DNA from: Candidatus Oxydemutatoraceae bacterium
GTDB taxonomy: Bacteria > Pseudomonadota > Gammaproteobacteria > Poriferisulfidales > Oxydemutatoraceae
Direction: 5' to 3'
Length of the DNA stretch: 64,000 bases
NCBI GenBank assembly: GCA_965218975.1
Contig: OZ244717.1
Span: forward strand, 704,001-768,000
Shown: positions 35,961 to 50,933 of the stretch, piece by piece
Numbering within the stretch: the stretch's first letter is position 1
Layout: every line of letters starts with the position of its first letter
Translations under genes and position numbers: made by a program
The notes under the pieces: model-generated
Seen by the model: the letters and a program-made list of their open reading frames with translations, nothing else
What the model was told of the DNA's origin: nothing
Database searches by the model: none

Positions 35961-38900
35961 ATGCGTTTTTCTTGTATACGTACTTCGGTCGGCATATGCT
36001 GCATACTGTATGCTTTATTGATACAGGCGCAGCAGACTCAGCCCGCAGCTCCCAGCAACGTAGAAGTTACACCCGGTGACAGACAGATTACCGTGACCTG
36101 GCAGTCCCCGGCCGAGGGAACCGGCGGCCCGGTTGCAGACTACCGCATCGGTTGGACTCCGCCCGACGGCATCGGCAGCGCGACTGTCGCAGCAGATGTG
36201 AGCGAATATACGATCGAGGGTCTGACCAACGACACCGAATACACAATCGAAGTCGCAGCCGTCAACGCAAGCGGCGCGACTAGCGCAGTAGCCGTGATCG
36301 AGACCCCGATCGCACCGCTGCCTTTGCTGCCCGGTGCGCCGACGACTTTGACGGCAACACCGGGTAACGGGCAGGTAGAATTGGAGTGGGCGCCGCCGGA
36401 AGATATCGGCGGCAGCGCAATCACGCGTTATGAATATCGGCAGAGAGCCGCCGACGGGGATTTCGGTTCATGGAAGATTATCCCGGACGGCGATGATGCG
36501 GACAGCGATGCTGGCAACGAGACGCGCTCTACAGTCACTAGTCTGACGAACGGCATCGCATATACCTTCCAAGTGCGTGTGGCCAACGCCGCGGGCCCAG
36601 GCGAGGCAACAGATGAAGTAACGACGATTGCAGGAGCGGGCTTGGGTATTTGCGATCGCACACCGCAGGTTCGAAAGGCGATTCTTAACCGGCTTTCCGG
36701 CATAAGCGACTGTGCGGCGGTAACCGATGCCGATCTGAACTCCCTCGCCGGGGAGTTGAGCTTGTCCGAAAGAGAGATTGCCTCCCTGAGGGTGGGGGAC
36801 TTTGAGGGGCTCGTTACTCTGACGACGCTGAATCTGAGTTATAATTCGCTATCGAGTCTATCTGCGGGCATATTTGATGGTCTTGGTTCTTTAATCGGGC
36901 TGAATTTGGGGAACAATCAATTATCGAGTCTGCCTGCGGGCGTATTTGATAATCTTGATTCTTTAACATGGCTGAATCTGAGTTTTAATTCGCTATCGAG
37001 TCTATCTGCGGGCGTATTTGATGGTCTTGGTTCTTTAATATGGCTGTCTTTGCTGATCAATCAATTATCGAGTCTGCCTGCGGGCGTATTTGATGATCTT
37101 GGTTCCTTAATAAGGCTGAATTTGGGGAACAGTCAATTATCGAGTCTGCCTGCAGACGTATTTGATAATCTTGATTCTTTAACATGGCTGAATTTGTCGG
37201 TCAATCGATTATCGAGTCTGCCCGACGGCATATTCGAGCGCCTCACGTCGCTTGAAATAATTTTTTTGATGTATAATCCCGGCAGTGACTCCTTCATACC
37301 GTCGGCGAATGCCGGATCCGACCGGTTCGCTGTCGCCAGCGAAGTCGTTATGCTGGACGCTACCGCCACCGACGGCGGTCCGTTCGGGGACAACGTGAGC
37401 TTTGCGTGGTCGCAGGACGGAAGCGATAGCACGACTGTAACGTTGACCGGCGCCGCTACCGCCACGCCTAGGTTCACCGTGCCGGCGGACGCGCCGGACG
37501 GGACCGTGTTTCGATTTGATCTGACAGTGATCGGCGGGAATAAGTTTGGGACTGATAAGCTTGGGATTCTTGAAGATGATTTCTCTCGGCAGAGACTGAC
37601 AGACAGTTCCTCGGTGAGGGTAACGGTTGCGACGCCACCCGACGCGCCGACGGCACTGACGGCGACAACGCACAACAGTAGTGTGGATCTAAGTTGGAAC
37701 GCACCTGCCGACCCCGGCATTGCGCCGATCAGCCATTACGAATATCGCGCGAGCAGCGACGCCGGAACGGTTTGGGACCCGAACTGGACGATCGCCGGTG
37801 ATGCGACGAGCGAAGTCAGAACTCAAATCGTGTCGGGCTTAACCAACGGCACGGAATACACATTTGAAGTGCGGGTGGTCAGTGCGGTAGGCGCCGGCGC
37901 AGCCGCGCGCGTCACGGCGACACCGAACGTGGCGATATTCACGGTCTCGTTTGATCCGATAGACTATCCGACCAATGAAAGTGAGGGAAGTGTAATTCTC
38001 ATGCTCAGACTGATCGGCGAAAGACCGTTGCGCGGCGATGTAACCGCTAATGTCTCGACAAGCGAAGGGAGCGCATTCGCCCCTCATGATTATGTCGAGC
38101 GTAGTAGTGTTTCTGTTTCCTTTACGCTTGCTTCACCTGTGCCGCAACCTGTGACGATTTCTATTGTCGATGACGACGTTTTTGAACCCGATGATGAGAT
38201 ATTTTCGGTGATCATTACCGATGTATCGGCGGCGCATCGTGACGATGAGGCGGTGATTGATCAGAGCGAAGCGACGATTACGATCATCGACAACGATGAT
38301 GCGCCGGTATTGTCCCTGTCGGTCGGCGCAACCGAAATCAATGAAGGCACATCAACCGATGTTGTAGTAGAGATGACGGCGACATAATCGGCGAGGATTA
38401 CGATCATCGACAACGATGATGCGCCGGTATTGTCCCTGTCGGTCGGCGCAACCGAAATCAATGAGGCGCATCAACCGATATCGAAGTGGGAATCACGAAC
38501 GAATCGGTATATGCCGAAGATCAAACGATCGCGTTAGAGTTTACCGGCGATGCGATGTTTGACCGGCGATTCGCCGTTGTCGTGTATGAGTTGATGCATC
38601 TACGGCAAGCAACGATCATAGCGACAGACGACCGAGCGGACGAGACGGATGAAATGATTGAGATAACCGCGCGGCATGACGGCGACATAATCGGCGAGGA
38701 AACGATTACGATCATCGACAACGATGATCGCCGGTATTGTCCCTGTCGGTCGGCGCAACCGAAATCAATGAAGGCGCATCAACCGATATGAGTGGGAATC
38801 ACGAACGAATCGGTATTTGCCGAAGATCAAACGGGTTAGAGTTTACCGGCGATGCGATCTGAGGGACTATATGGCGACGATTCGCCGTTGTCGTCGCCGT

Positions 38901-41900
38901 ATGAGTTGACTTTGTCGGCAGGGGCATCTACGGCAACGGCAACGATCATAGCGACAGACGACCGAGGACGAGACGGATGAAATGATTGAGATAACCGCGC
39001 GGCATGACGGCGACATAATCGGCGAGGAAACGATTACGATCATCGACAACGATGATGCGCCGGTATTGTCCCTGTCGGTCGGCGCAACCGAAATCAATGA
39101 AGGCGCATCAACCGATATCGAAGTGGGAATCACGAACGAATCGGTTGCCGAAGATCAAACGATCGCGTTAGAGACCGGCGATGCGATGCCTGAACGACTA
39201 TCGGTATGGTCGGAGATTCGCCGTTGTCGTCGCCGTATGAGTTGACTTTGTCGGCAGGGGCATCTACGGCAACGGCAACGATCATAGCGACAGACGACCG
39301 AGCGGACGAGACGGATGAAATGATTAGATAACCGCGCGGCATGACGGCGACATAATCGGCGAGGAAACGATTACGATCATCGACAACGATGATGCGCCGG
39401 TATTGTCCCTGTCGGTCGGCGCAACCGAAATCAATGAAGGCGCATCAACCGATATCGAAGTGGGAATCACGAACGAATCGGTATATGCCGAAGATCAAAC
39501 GATCACGTTAGAGTTTGCCGGCGATGCGATGCTTGAGGACGACTATACGGTAATGGTCGGAGATTCGCCGTTGTCGTCGCCGTATGAGTTGACTTTGTCG
39601 GCAGGGGCATCTACGGCAACGGCAACGATCATAGCGACAGACGACCGAGCGGACGAGACGGATGAAATGATTGAGATAACCGCGCGGCATGACGGCGACA
39701 TAATCGGCGAGGAAACGATTACGATCATCGACAACGATGATGCGCCGGTATTGTCCCTGTCGGTCGGCGCAACCGAAATCAATGAAGGCGCATCAACCGA
39801 TATCGAAGTGGGAATCACGAACGAATCGGTATATGCCGAAGATCAAACGACGTTAGAGTTTGCCGGCGATGCGATGCTTGAGGACGACTTACGGTAATGC
39901 CGATTCGCCGTTGTCGTCGCCGTATCAGTTGACTTTGCCGGCACGTCTCAGCAACGATCATGACGACAGACGACCCAGCGGACGAGACGGATGAAATGAT
40001 TGAGATAACCGCGCGGCATGACGGCGACATAATCGGCGAGGAAACGATTACGATCATCGACAACGATGATGCGCCGGTATTGTCCCTGTCGGTCGGCGCA
40101 ACCGAAATATGAAGGCGCATCAACCGAATGGAATCGAACGAATCGGTATGCCGAAGATCAAACGATCCGTTAGAGTTTGATGCGTCGCTATACGGTAATG
40201 GTCGGAGATTCGCCGTTGTCGTCGCCGAGTTGACTTTGTCGGCAGGGGCATCTACGGCAACGGCAACGATCATAGCGACAGACGACCGAGCGGACGAGAC
40301 GGATGAAATGATTGAGATAACCGCGCGGCATGACGGCGACATAATCGGCGAGGAAACGATTACGATCATCGACAACGATGATGCGCCGGTATTGTCCCTG
40401 TCGGTCGGCGCAACCGAAATCAATGAAGGCGCATCAACCGATATCGAAGTGGGAATCACGAACGAATCGGTATATGCCGAAGATCAAACGATCACGTTAG
40501 AGTTTGCCGGCGATGCGATGCTTGAGGACGACTATACGGTAATGGTCGGAGATTCGCCGTTGTCGTCGCCGTATGAGTTGACTTTGCCGGCAGGGTTGTC
40601 TTCGGTAAGCGCAACGATCATAGCGACAGACGACCCAGCGGACGAGACGGATGAAATGATTGAGATAACCGCGCGGCATGACGGCGACATAATCGGCGAG
40701 GAAACGATTACGATCATCGACAACGATGATGCGCCGGTATTGTCCCTGTCGGTCGGCGCAACCGAAATCAATGAAGGCGCATCAACCGATATCGAAGAGA
40801 ATCACGAACGAATCGGTATATGCCGAAGATCAAACGATCACGTTAGAGTTTGCCGGCGATGCGATGCTTGAGGACGACTATACGGTAATGGTCGGAGATT
40901 CGCCGTTGTCGTCGCCGTATGAGTTGACTTTGCCGGCAGGGTTGTCTTCGGTAAGCGCAACGATCATAGCGACAGACGACCCAGCGGACGAGACGGATGA
41001 AATGATTGAGATAACCGCGCGGCATGACGGCGACATAATCGGCGAGGAAACGATTACGATCATCGACAACGATGATGCGCCGGTATTGTCCCTGTCGGTC
41101 GGCGCAACCGAAATCAATGAAGGCGCATCAACCGATATCGAAGTGGGAATCACGAACGAATCGGTATATGCCGAAGATCAAACGATCACGTTAGAGTTTG
41201 CCGGCGATGCGATGCTTGAGGACGACTATACGGTAATGGTCGGAGATTCGCCGTTGTCGTCGCCGTATGAGTTGACTTTGCTGGCAGGGTTGTCTTCGGT
41301 AAGCGCAACGATCATAGCGACAGACGACCCAGCGGACGAGACGGATGAAATGATTGAGATAACCGCGCGGCATGACGGCGACATAATCGGCGAGGAAACG
41401 ATTACGATCATCGACAACGATGATGCGCCGGTATTGTCCCTGTCGGTCGGCGCAACCGAAATCAATGAAGGCGCATCAACCGATATCGAAGTGGGAATCA
41501 CGAACGAATCGGTATATGCCGAAGATCAAACGATCACGTTAGAGTTTGCCGGCGATGCGATGCTTGAGGACGACTATACGGTAATGGTCGGAGATTCGCC
41601 GTTGTCGTCGCCGTATGAGTTGACTTTGCTGGCAGGGTTGTCTTCGGTAAGCGCAACGATCATAGCGACAGACGACCCAGCGGACGAGACGGATGAAATG
41701 ATTGAGATAACCGCGCGGCATGACGGCGACATAATCGGCGAGGAAACGATTACGATCATCGACAACGATGATGCGCCGGTATTGTCCCTGTCGGTCGGCG
41801 CAACCGAAATCAATGAAGGCGCATCAACCGATATCGAAGTGGGAATCACGAACGAATCGGTATATGCCGAAGATCAAACGATCACGTTAGAGTTTGCCGG

Positions 41901-44900
41901 CGATGCGATGCTTGAGGACGACTATACGGTAATGGTCGGAGATTCGCCGTTGTCGTCGCCGTATGAGTTGACTTTGCTGGCAGGGTTGTCTTCGGTAAGC
42001 GCAACGATCATAGCGACAGACGACCCAGCGGACGAGACGGATGAAATGATTGAGATAACCGCGCGGCATGACGGCGACATAATCGGCGAGGAAACGATTA
42101 CGATCATCGACAACGATGATGCGCCGGTATTGTCCCTGTCGGTCGGCGCAACCGAAATCAATGAAGGCGCATCAACCGATATCGAAGTGGGAATCACGAA
42201 CGAATCGGTATATGCCGAAGATCAAACGATCACGTTAGAGTTTGCCGGCGATGCGATGCTTGAGGACGACTATACGGTAATGGTCGGAGATTCGCCGTTG
42301 TCGTCGCCGTATGAGTTGACTTTGCTGGCAGGGTTGTCTTCGGTAAGCGCAACGATCATAGCGACAGACGACCCAGCGGACGAGACGGATGAAATGATTG
42401 AGATAACCGCGCGGCATGACGGCGACATAATCGGCGAGGAAACGATTACGATCATCGACAACGATGATGCGCCGGTATTGTCCCTGTCGGTCGGCGCAAC
42501 CGAAATCAATGAAGGCGCATCAACCGATATCGAAGTGGGAATCACGAACGAATCGGTATATGCCGAAGATCAAACGATCACGTTAGAGTTTGCCGGCGAT
42601 GCGATGCTTGAGGACGACTATACGGTAATGGTCGGAGATTCGCCGTTGTCGTCGCCGTATGAGTTGACTTTGCTGGCAGGGTTGTCTTCGGTAAGCGCAA
42701 CGATCATAGCGACAGACGACCCAGCGGACGAGACGGATGAAATGATTGAGATAACCGCGCGGCATGACGGCGACATAATCGGCGAGGAAACGATTACGAT
42801 CATCGACAACGATGATGCGCCGGTATTGTCCCTGTCGGTCGGCGCAACCGAAATCAATGAAGGCGCATCAACCGATATCGAAGTGGGAATCACGAACGAA
42901 TCGGTATATGCCGAAGATCAAACGATCACGTTAGAGTTTGCCGGCGATGCGATGCTTGAGGACGACTATACGGTAATGGTCGGAGATTCGCCGTTGTCGT
43001 CGCCGTATGAGTTGACTTTGCTGGCAGGGTTGTCTTCGGTAAGCGCAACGATCATAGCGACAGACGACCCAGCGGACGAGACGGATGAAATGATTGAGAT
43101 AACCGCGCGGCATGACGGCGACATAATCGGCGAGGAAACGATTACGATCATCGACAACGATGATGCGCCGGTATTGTCCCTGTCGGTCGGCGCAACCGAA
43201 ATCAATGAAGGCGCATCAACCGATATCGAAGTGGGAATCACGAACGAATCGGTATATGCCGAAGATCAAACGATCACGTTAGAGTTTGCCGGCGATGCGA
43301 TGCTTGAGGACGACTATACGGTAATGGTCGGAGATTCGCCGTTGTCGTCGCCGTATGAGTTGACTTTGCCGGCAGGGTTGTCTTCGGTAAGCGCAACGAT
43401 CATAGCGACAGACGACCCAGCGGACGAGACGGATGAAATGATTGAGATAACCGCGCGGCATGACGGCGACATAATCGGCGAGGAAACGATTACGATCATC
43501 GACAACGATGATGCGCCGGTATTGTCCCTGTCGGTCGGCGCAACCGAAATCAATGAAGGCGCATCAACCGATATCGAAGTGGGAATCACGAACGAATCGG
43601 TATATGCCGAAGATCAAACGATCACGTTAGAGTTTGCCGGCGATGCGATGCTTGAGGACGACTATACGGTAATGGTCGGAGATTCGCCGTTGTCGTCGCC
43701 GTATGAGTTGACTTTGCCGGCAGGGTTGTCTTCGGTAAGCGCAACGATCATAGCGACAGACGACCCAGCGGACGAGACGGATGAAATGATTGAGATAACC
43801 GCGCGGCATGACGGCGACATAATCGGCGAGGAAACGATTACGATCATCGACAACGATGATGCGCCGGTATTGTCCCTGTCGGTCGGCGCAACCGAAATCA
43901 ATGAAGGCGCATCAACCGATATCGAAGTGGGAATCACGAACGAATCGGTATATGCCGAAGATCAAACGATCACGTTAGAGTTTGCCGGCGATGCGATGCT
44001 TGAGGACGACTATACGGTAATGGTCGGAGATTCGCCGTTGTCGTCGCCGTATGAGTTGACTTTGCCGGCAGGGTTGTCTTCGGTAAGCGCAACGATCATA
44101 GCGACAGACGACCCAGCGGACGAGACGGATGAAATGATTGAGATAACCGCGCGGCATGACGGCGACATAATCGGCGAGGAAACGATTACGATCATCGACA
44201 ACGATGATGCGCCGGTATTGTCCCTGTCGGTCGGCGCAACCGAAATCAATGAAGGCGCATCAACCGATGAAAGGAATCACGAACGAATCGGTATATGCCG
44301 AAGATCAAACGATCACGTTAGAGTTTGCCGGCGATGCGATGCTTGAGGACGACTATACGGTAATGGTCGGAGATTCGCCGTTGTCGTCGCCGTATGAGTT
44401 GACTTTGCCGGCAGGGTTGTCTTCGGTAAGCGCAACGATCATAGCGACAGACGACCCAGCGGACGAGACGGATGAAATGATTGAGATAACCGCGCGGCAT
44501 GACGGCGACATAATCGGCGAGGAAACGATTACGATCATCGACAACGATGATGCGCCGGTATTGTCCCTGTCGGTCGGCGCAACCGAAATCAATGAAGGCG
44601 CATCAACCGATATCGAAGAGAATCACGAACGAATCGGTATATGCCGAAGATCAAACGATCACGTTAGAGTTTGCCGGCGATGCGGTCTTGAGGACGACTA
44701 TACGGTAATGGCCGTTCGCCGTTGTCGTCGCCGTATGAGTTGACTTTGCCGGCAGGGTTGTCTTCGGTAAGCGCAACGATCATAGCGACAGACGACCCAG
44801 CGGACGAGACGGATGAAATGATTGAGATAACCGCGCGGCATGACGGCGACATAATCGGCGAGGAAACGATTACGATCATCGACAACGATGATGCGCCGGT

Positions 44901-47900
44901 ATTGTCCCTGTCGGTCGGCGCAACCGAAATCAATGAAGGCGCATCAACCGAAGTATCACGAACGAATCGGTATATGCCGAAGATCAAACGATCACGTTAG
45001 AGTTTGCCGGCGATGCGATGCTTGAGGACGACTATACGGTATGGTCGGAGATTCGCCGTTGTCGTCGCCGTATGAGTTGACTTTGCCGGCAGGGTTGTCT
45101 TCGGTAAGCGCAACGATCATAGCGACAGACGACCCAGCGGACGAGACGGATGAAATGATTGAGATAACCGCGCGGCATGACGGCGACATAATCGGCGAGG
45201 AAACGATTACGATCATCGACAACGATGATGCGCCGGTATTGTCCCTGTCGGTTGCAACCGAAATCAATGAAGGCGCATCAACCGATATCGAAGTGGGAAT
45301 CACGAACGAATCGGTATATGCCGAAGATCAAACGATCACGTTAGAGTTTGCCGGCGATGCGATGCTTGAGGACGACTATACGGTAATGGTCGGAGATTCG
45401 CCGTTGTCGTCGCCGTATGAGTTGACTTTGCCGGCAGGGTTGTCTTCGGTAAGCGCAACGATCATAGCGACAGACGACCCAGCGGACGAGACGGATGAAA
45501 TGATTGAGATAACCGCGCGGCATGACGGCGACATAATCGGCGAGGAAACGATTACGATCATCGACAACGATGATGCGCCGGTATTGTCCCTGTCGGTCGG
45601 CGCAACCGAAATCAATGAAGGCGCATCAACCGATATCGAAGTGGGAATCACGAACGAATCGGTATATGCCGAAGATCAAACGATCACGTTAGAGTTTGCC
45701 GGCGATGCGATGCTTGAGGACGACTATACGGTAATGGTCGGAGATTCGCCGTTGTCGTCGCCGTATGAGTTGACTTTGCTGGCAGGGTTGTCTTCGGTAA
45801 GCGCAACGATCATAGCGACAGACGACCCAGCGGACGAGACGGATGAAATGATTGAGATAACCGCGCGGCATGACGGCGACATAATCGGCGAGGAAACGAT
45901 TACGATCATCGACAACGATGATGCGCCGGTATTGTCCCTGTCGGTCGGCGCAACCGAAATCAATGAAGGCGCATCAACCGATATCGAAGTGGGAATCACG
46001 AACGAATCGGTATATGCCGAAGATCAAACGATCACGTTAGAGTTTGCCGGCGATGCGATGCTTGAGGACGACTATACGGTAATGGTCGGAGATTCGCCGT
46101 TGTCGTCGCCGTATGAGTTGACTTTGCCGGCAGGGTTGTCTTCGGTAAGCGCAACGATCATAGCGACAGACGACCCAGCGGACGAGACGGATGAAATGAT
46201 TGAGATAACCGCGCGGCATGACGGCGACATAATCGGCGAGGAAACGATTACGATCATCGACAACGATGATGCGCCGGTATTGTCCCTGTCGGTCGGCGCA
46301 ACCGAAATCAATGAAGGCGCATCAACCGATATCGAAGTGGGAATCACGAACGAATCGGTATATGCCGAAGATCAAACGATCACGTTAGAGTTTGCCGGCG
46401 ATGCGATGCTTGAGGACGACTATACGGTAATGGTCGGAGATTCGCCGTTGTCGTCGCCGTATGAGTTGACTTTGCTGGCAGGGTTGTCTTCGGTAAGCGC
46501 AACGATCATAGCGACAGACGACCCAGCGGACGAGACGGATGAAATGATTGAGATAACCGCGCGGCATGACGGCGACATAATCGGCGAGGAAACGATTACG
46601 ATCATCGACAACGATGATGCGCCGGTATTGTCCCTGTCGGTCGGCGCAACCGAAATCAATGAAGGCGCATCAACCGATATCGAAGTGGGAATCACGAACG
46701 AATCGGTATATGCCGAAGATCAAACGATCACGTTAGAGTTTGCCGGCGATGCGATGCTTGAGGACGACTATACGGTAATGGTCGGAGATTCGCCGTTGTC
46801 GTCGCCGTATGAGTTGACTTTGCTGGCAGGGTTGTCTTCGGTAAGCGCAACGATCATAGCGACAGACGACCCAGCGGACGAGACGGATGAAATGATTGAG
46901 ATAACCGCGCGGCATGACGGCGACATAATCGGCGAGGAAACGATTACGATCATCGACAACGATGATGCGCCGGTATTGTCCCTGTCGGTCGGCGCAACCG
47001 AAATCAATGAAGGCGCATCAACCGATATCGAAGTGGGAATCACGAACGAATCGGTATATGCCGAAGATCAAACGATCACGTTAGAGTTTGCCGGCGATGC
47101 GATGCTTGAGGACGACTATACGGTAATGGTCGGAGATTCGCCGTTGTCGTCGCCGTATGAGTTGACTTTGCTGGCAGGGTTGTCTTCGGTAAGCGCAACG
47201 ATCATAGCGACAGACGACCCAGCGGACGAGACGGATGAAATGATTGAGATAACCGCGCGGCATGACGGCGACATAATCGGCGAGGAAACGATTACGATCA
47301 TCGACAACGATGATGCGCCGGTATTGTCCCTGTCGGTCGGCGCAACCGAAATCAATGAAGGCGCATCAACCGATATCGAAGTGGGAATCACGAACGAATC
47401 GGTATATGCCGAAGATCAAACGATCACGTTAGAGTTTGCCGGCGATGCGATGCTTGAGGACGACTATACGGTAATGGTCGGAGATTCGCCGTTGTCGTCG
47501 CCGTATGAGTTGACTTTGCTGGCAGGGTTGTCTTCGGTAAGCGCAACGATCATAGCGACAGACGACCCAGCGGACGAGACGGATGAAATGATTGAGATAA
47601 CCGCGCGGCATGACGGCGACATAATCGGCGAGGAAACGATTACGATCATCGACAACGATGACGTGCCCGGCGCACCGACGGAGTTAGTAGCCGCGGCGGG
47701 CGATACACACGCGGTCCTAAGTTGGGACGTACCTGCCGATTCCGGCACTGCGCCGATCAACCGCTATGAATATCGCGCAAGCAGCGACGGCGGGAATATT
47801 TGGGACCCGAACTGGACGATCGCTGGCGATGCGACGGGCGAAGTCGGAACTCAAATCGTATCGAACTTAGTCAACGACACGGAATACACATTTGAAGTGC

Positions 47901-50035
47901 GTGCGGTCAGTGCAGCAGGCGACGGCACAGCCGCACGCATCACGGCAACACCGATAGTTGATGATACAGGGGCTAGCCTAACTTTACGCCGCATAGGCGA
48001 CGAAGATGGCTATGATTTGATTGCCGATGTGCTCGCAAACGCCGAGGTGTCGGCAGACGGCAGTTTTGAAGTGGCGGTAGGTTCCGACATCGTATCGTGC
48101 ACCGGTTGCGATAGCTTGGAAGCGTTTACAGCCTGCGAGGATACAAGGCAATTATGCCCACTTAACTTTGATGATGAAAACCGGCGGCTATTTTTGCAGC
48201 AATTGGGCTTTACCGCAGTGATTTGGCGTGCGAAAGATGCAAACGGTAATATTTTCACCGGCGATGCGGAAATTACGGATTATGACATTGACGGCAGTTT
48301 GGAAGGTGTCGCATTTGCTCAACTATTTTATGTCGCACCGATTGTGGGTCTTGCGAATCGGAGTAAATATATCCCTCAAGGCAGCAGTTCGACGATTACG
48401 ATTGAGATTGATGTCCGGCCTGCCGAACTCGAACTTGGGCTTAAGGCAGAAGACTTTTCTGTAGAAGGAACATTGCCAACTTGGACTTTCACTTCTATGC
48501 CTCTAGCTGTAATAGCGGATGGCGCTGCGTTAGAAGATGGCAATAGCGCGACAATCAGGCTGCTTGAGAACGACCTGAGTACGGATAGCGAAATGCCGGG
48601 GCTTCCGACGCTGTCGAATCCGGGAAGCGAAACTGATATTATGGTGGCCTATAACGATCCTTCCACATGGTTTTATACTGTCACTCGTAGTTCATTTATA
48701 GTTCGCGAACTTGACGTGCCGGCTTCATTCGGATTCAGGGTTCCGTTTAGAGTATTGGCTCTGGTCGATAATGAAGAAAGACGTTATGTGCGAGTGTCGG
48801 AGTTGACTGATCAGGGCTTAACGTTCAAGTCAACTCCGGCGGAGACCGGTGTTCTCATACGAGGCGAGTGGACGGTTAACATCATCGACGACTTGACGAA
48901 TCCCGAGAGCGAGGCCTTTGAGATTCCGGCCTGTCCGGTCGGCACCATCAAGTGTTCGGTTATGGGTAATTTTGCCCCGACGGAAGAAACTCCTCTGGTT
49001 ATAAGAGGTGTCTTTGCCGGCGCCGGTTTTGATGCGAATAGTAGTGAGAGATTGACGACGACAATAACACAAACAATATACGTCAATATAGTTGATGATC
49101 AATTATTGCCGGATAGGATAGACGATCTGGACGTTGACGGAGTTCGGGATGACTATGCGGATGGTGACGATAGCGCGATTCGTAATGTGAAGTTTTACAG
49201 AGATAACAGAGAGTTTCTTTATGCCGGAGATGAGACGAGGAACGATAGAAGGTCAACTTTAATTATTACCACCGGGGACGGTAAAGATGGCGAAGAGGAC
49301 GGTCAAGCCATTCAAAAACCCGCTGTAGGTCTATTTTCAGTGGTAGTAAGGTCGGTGACGGAAAATGCAATACCGCATTGGTCTGCGCTGATTGCCGAGA
49401 GCGAAGAAGATGCCGAAATAATAGGGATTGGCACACCACCGGCCTACGCAGGCAGCGGTGTCTATGATTTTGAAGTAATTTTTGATGTGGATAACTTTGA
49501 CTTGCAAGCGCGGGTGGTTATTCCGCAACGTGAACCTATAGCCGAAGGTTCGGTCTATTACAAATATATCAATGGCGATCGGTTGGAGATTGATAGCGAT
49601 TGGTTGGAGATTGATAGCGATTGGGTGGAGATTGATGGCGATTGGTTGGAGATTGATAGCGATTGGGTGGAGATTGATGTGTCCGAAGTCGATCGTACTT
49701 ATTCGGCGCCGAGGACTTCAGACAATGCTTGCCCAAGTCCGGATGCGATAGCGTATTGGACGCCGGGTCTCAATGCGGGCCATCGCTGTGTGCTGTTGGA
49801 GATCGCAGATGGCGGGCCGAATGATGCTGATAGTGAAGCAAACGGCATTGTTGCAAATACGGGGGCGATCGGCGGTAGCAGTGTCGGCGTCGATAGACGG
49901 CGGCGGCGCGGCGGTGGCGGCGCGGTCGGCTTGTGGTGGCTGCTTCTGTTTTCCGGCATCGTTTCGGCGGCGATGTGCTTGAAGCGCCGGAATGCAAGAC
50001 TGACACGGCGGATTCCGCTTCAAAGTTTGCGCTAA
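35961..50035 (+). CDS. Second giant surface protein (FN3, LRR, PKD-like, Calx-beta, ~27 x 116-aa repeats, FN3, anchor domain, GlyGly-CTERM-like tail); frameshifted as assembled
   Basis: Signal peptide MRFSCIRTSVGICCILYALLIQA; ORF pieces 35889-38387, 40726-44346 and 45041-50035 are collinear; breaks confined to 38360-40800 and 44265-45040. Confidence 0.75.
38276..47660 (+). repeat. 348-bp tandem repeat array (~27 units, Calx-beta/Ig-like 116 aa)
   Basis: TITIIDNDDAPVLSLSVGATEINEG... recurring every 348 bp, most units near-identical. Confidence 0.95.
49577..49681 (+). repeat. 5 x 21-bp in-frame tandem repeat (D-W-L/V-E-I-D-S/G)
   Basis: gattggttggagattgatagc variants x5. Confidence 0.9.
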
Positions 50036-50360
50036 AAGCCCAATCCTGCGTCCGCCCGTATCGCTATAAGAGCGAGCTTAAACCGAGTTCATATATTGAA
50101 TTACGGCATTGCTTCTGTCGGGCGAAAAACACAATACCACTATATATGGGATTGATTTGCCAATTTCAGAAGCCGCTGTCTCAAAAATCCACAAAATTTA
50201 TTTGTTGCCCGACCCGGATGGGCTTGATCGCTATAATAACCAATGACCACTTAAAGTGCGCAACTGCACGCTACCGAATGCCTTGCATACTCTGCCCGGT
50301 TTGTCCGATATGTGATGGTCGCGTACACTTGTTATACTTGTTTATTCAATAGCCGATAAA

Positions 50361-50933
50361 ATGACTTGTTCAATGTATTTGCGTTTCTTTATATTGTGTT
50401 TGCTTGTATGGATGTCGTTATGGGCGTCAAGCCCGGTTATGGCAGAATCAGGTATTGTGCTGACACAAGTGAGTGCGCCCAAACGCAATAATACATTGCA
50501 TTTGGATGCGTCTGCCAACATTCGTTTGTCCGACGGAGTGCAGGCGGCTTTAGATAGAGGGGTGTCTTTGATCTTTGTTACTACGATACAAATTCGCAGA
50601 AAAGCAAAGCTCTTACCAGCAAAGCGGATGCTTTCATTGGAGATTACTCGCCGGCTCGCTTATCATGCATTAACTAAAAAATTCACTGTCGATGATTTAA
50701 CTTTTGGCACGCGGGAGAGTTTCTCTTCGCTTGCGCGTGCACTCGTCTATATCGGCAAGTATCGTGGAATTTCATTGTTGGATTTGCCGCTGGTCAATTC
50801 CGGCCCCAATGTGTTTCTACGAATGCGGATTCGACTGGTGCGCGATGCCCTGCCGATGCCGTTGCGCCTGAAGAGCTATGTATCAAGCGACTGGTACTTG
50901 TCTTCAGATTGGTATGAATGGTCATTGCAGTAA
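50361..50933 (+). CDS. DUF4390 domain protein
   Basis: Signal peptide, ALDRGVSL.F, L.YHALT, LPMPL..W.LSSDW; typical position before ntrY. Confidence 0.8.
   Translation: MTCSMYLRFFILCLLVWMSLWASSPVMAESGIVLTQVSAPKRNNTLHLDASANIRLSDGVQAALDRGVSLIFVTTIQIRRKAKLLPAKRMLSLEITRRLAYHALTKKFTVDDLTFGTRESFSSLARALVYIGKYRGISLLDLPLVNSGPNVFLRMRIRLVRDALPMPLRLKSYVSSDWYLSSDWYEWSLQ

Noticed and set aside
10859-50035. RTX/T1SS or autotransporter adhesins
   Set aside because: No GGxGxD nonapeptide repeats or C-terminal beta-barrel; Sec signal and TM tail present instead
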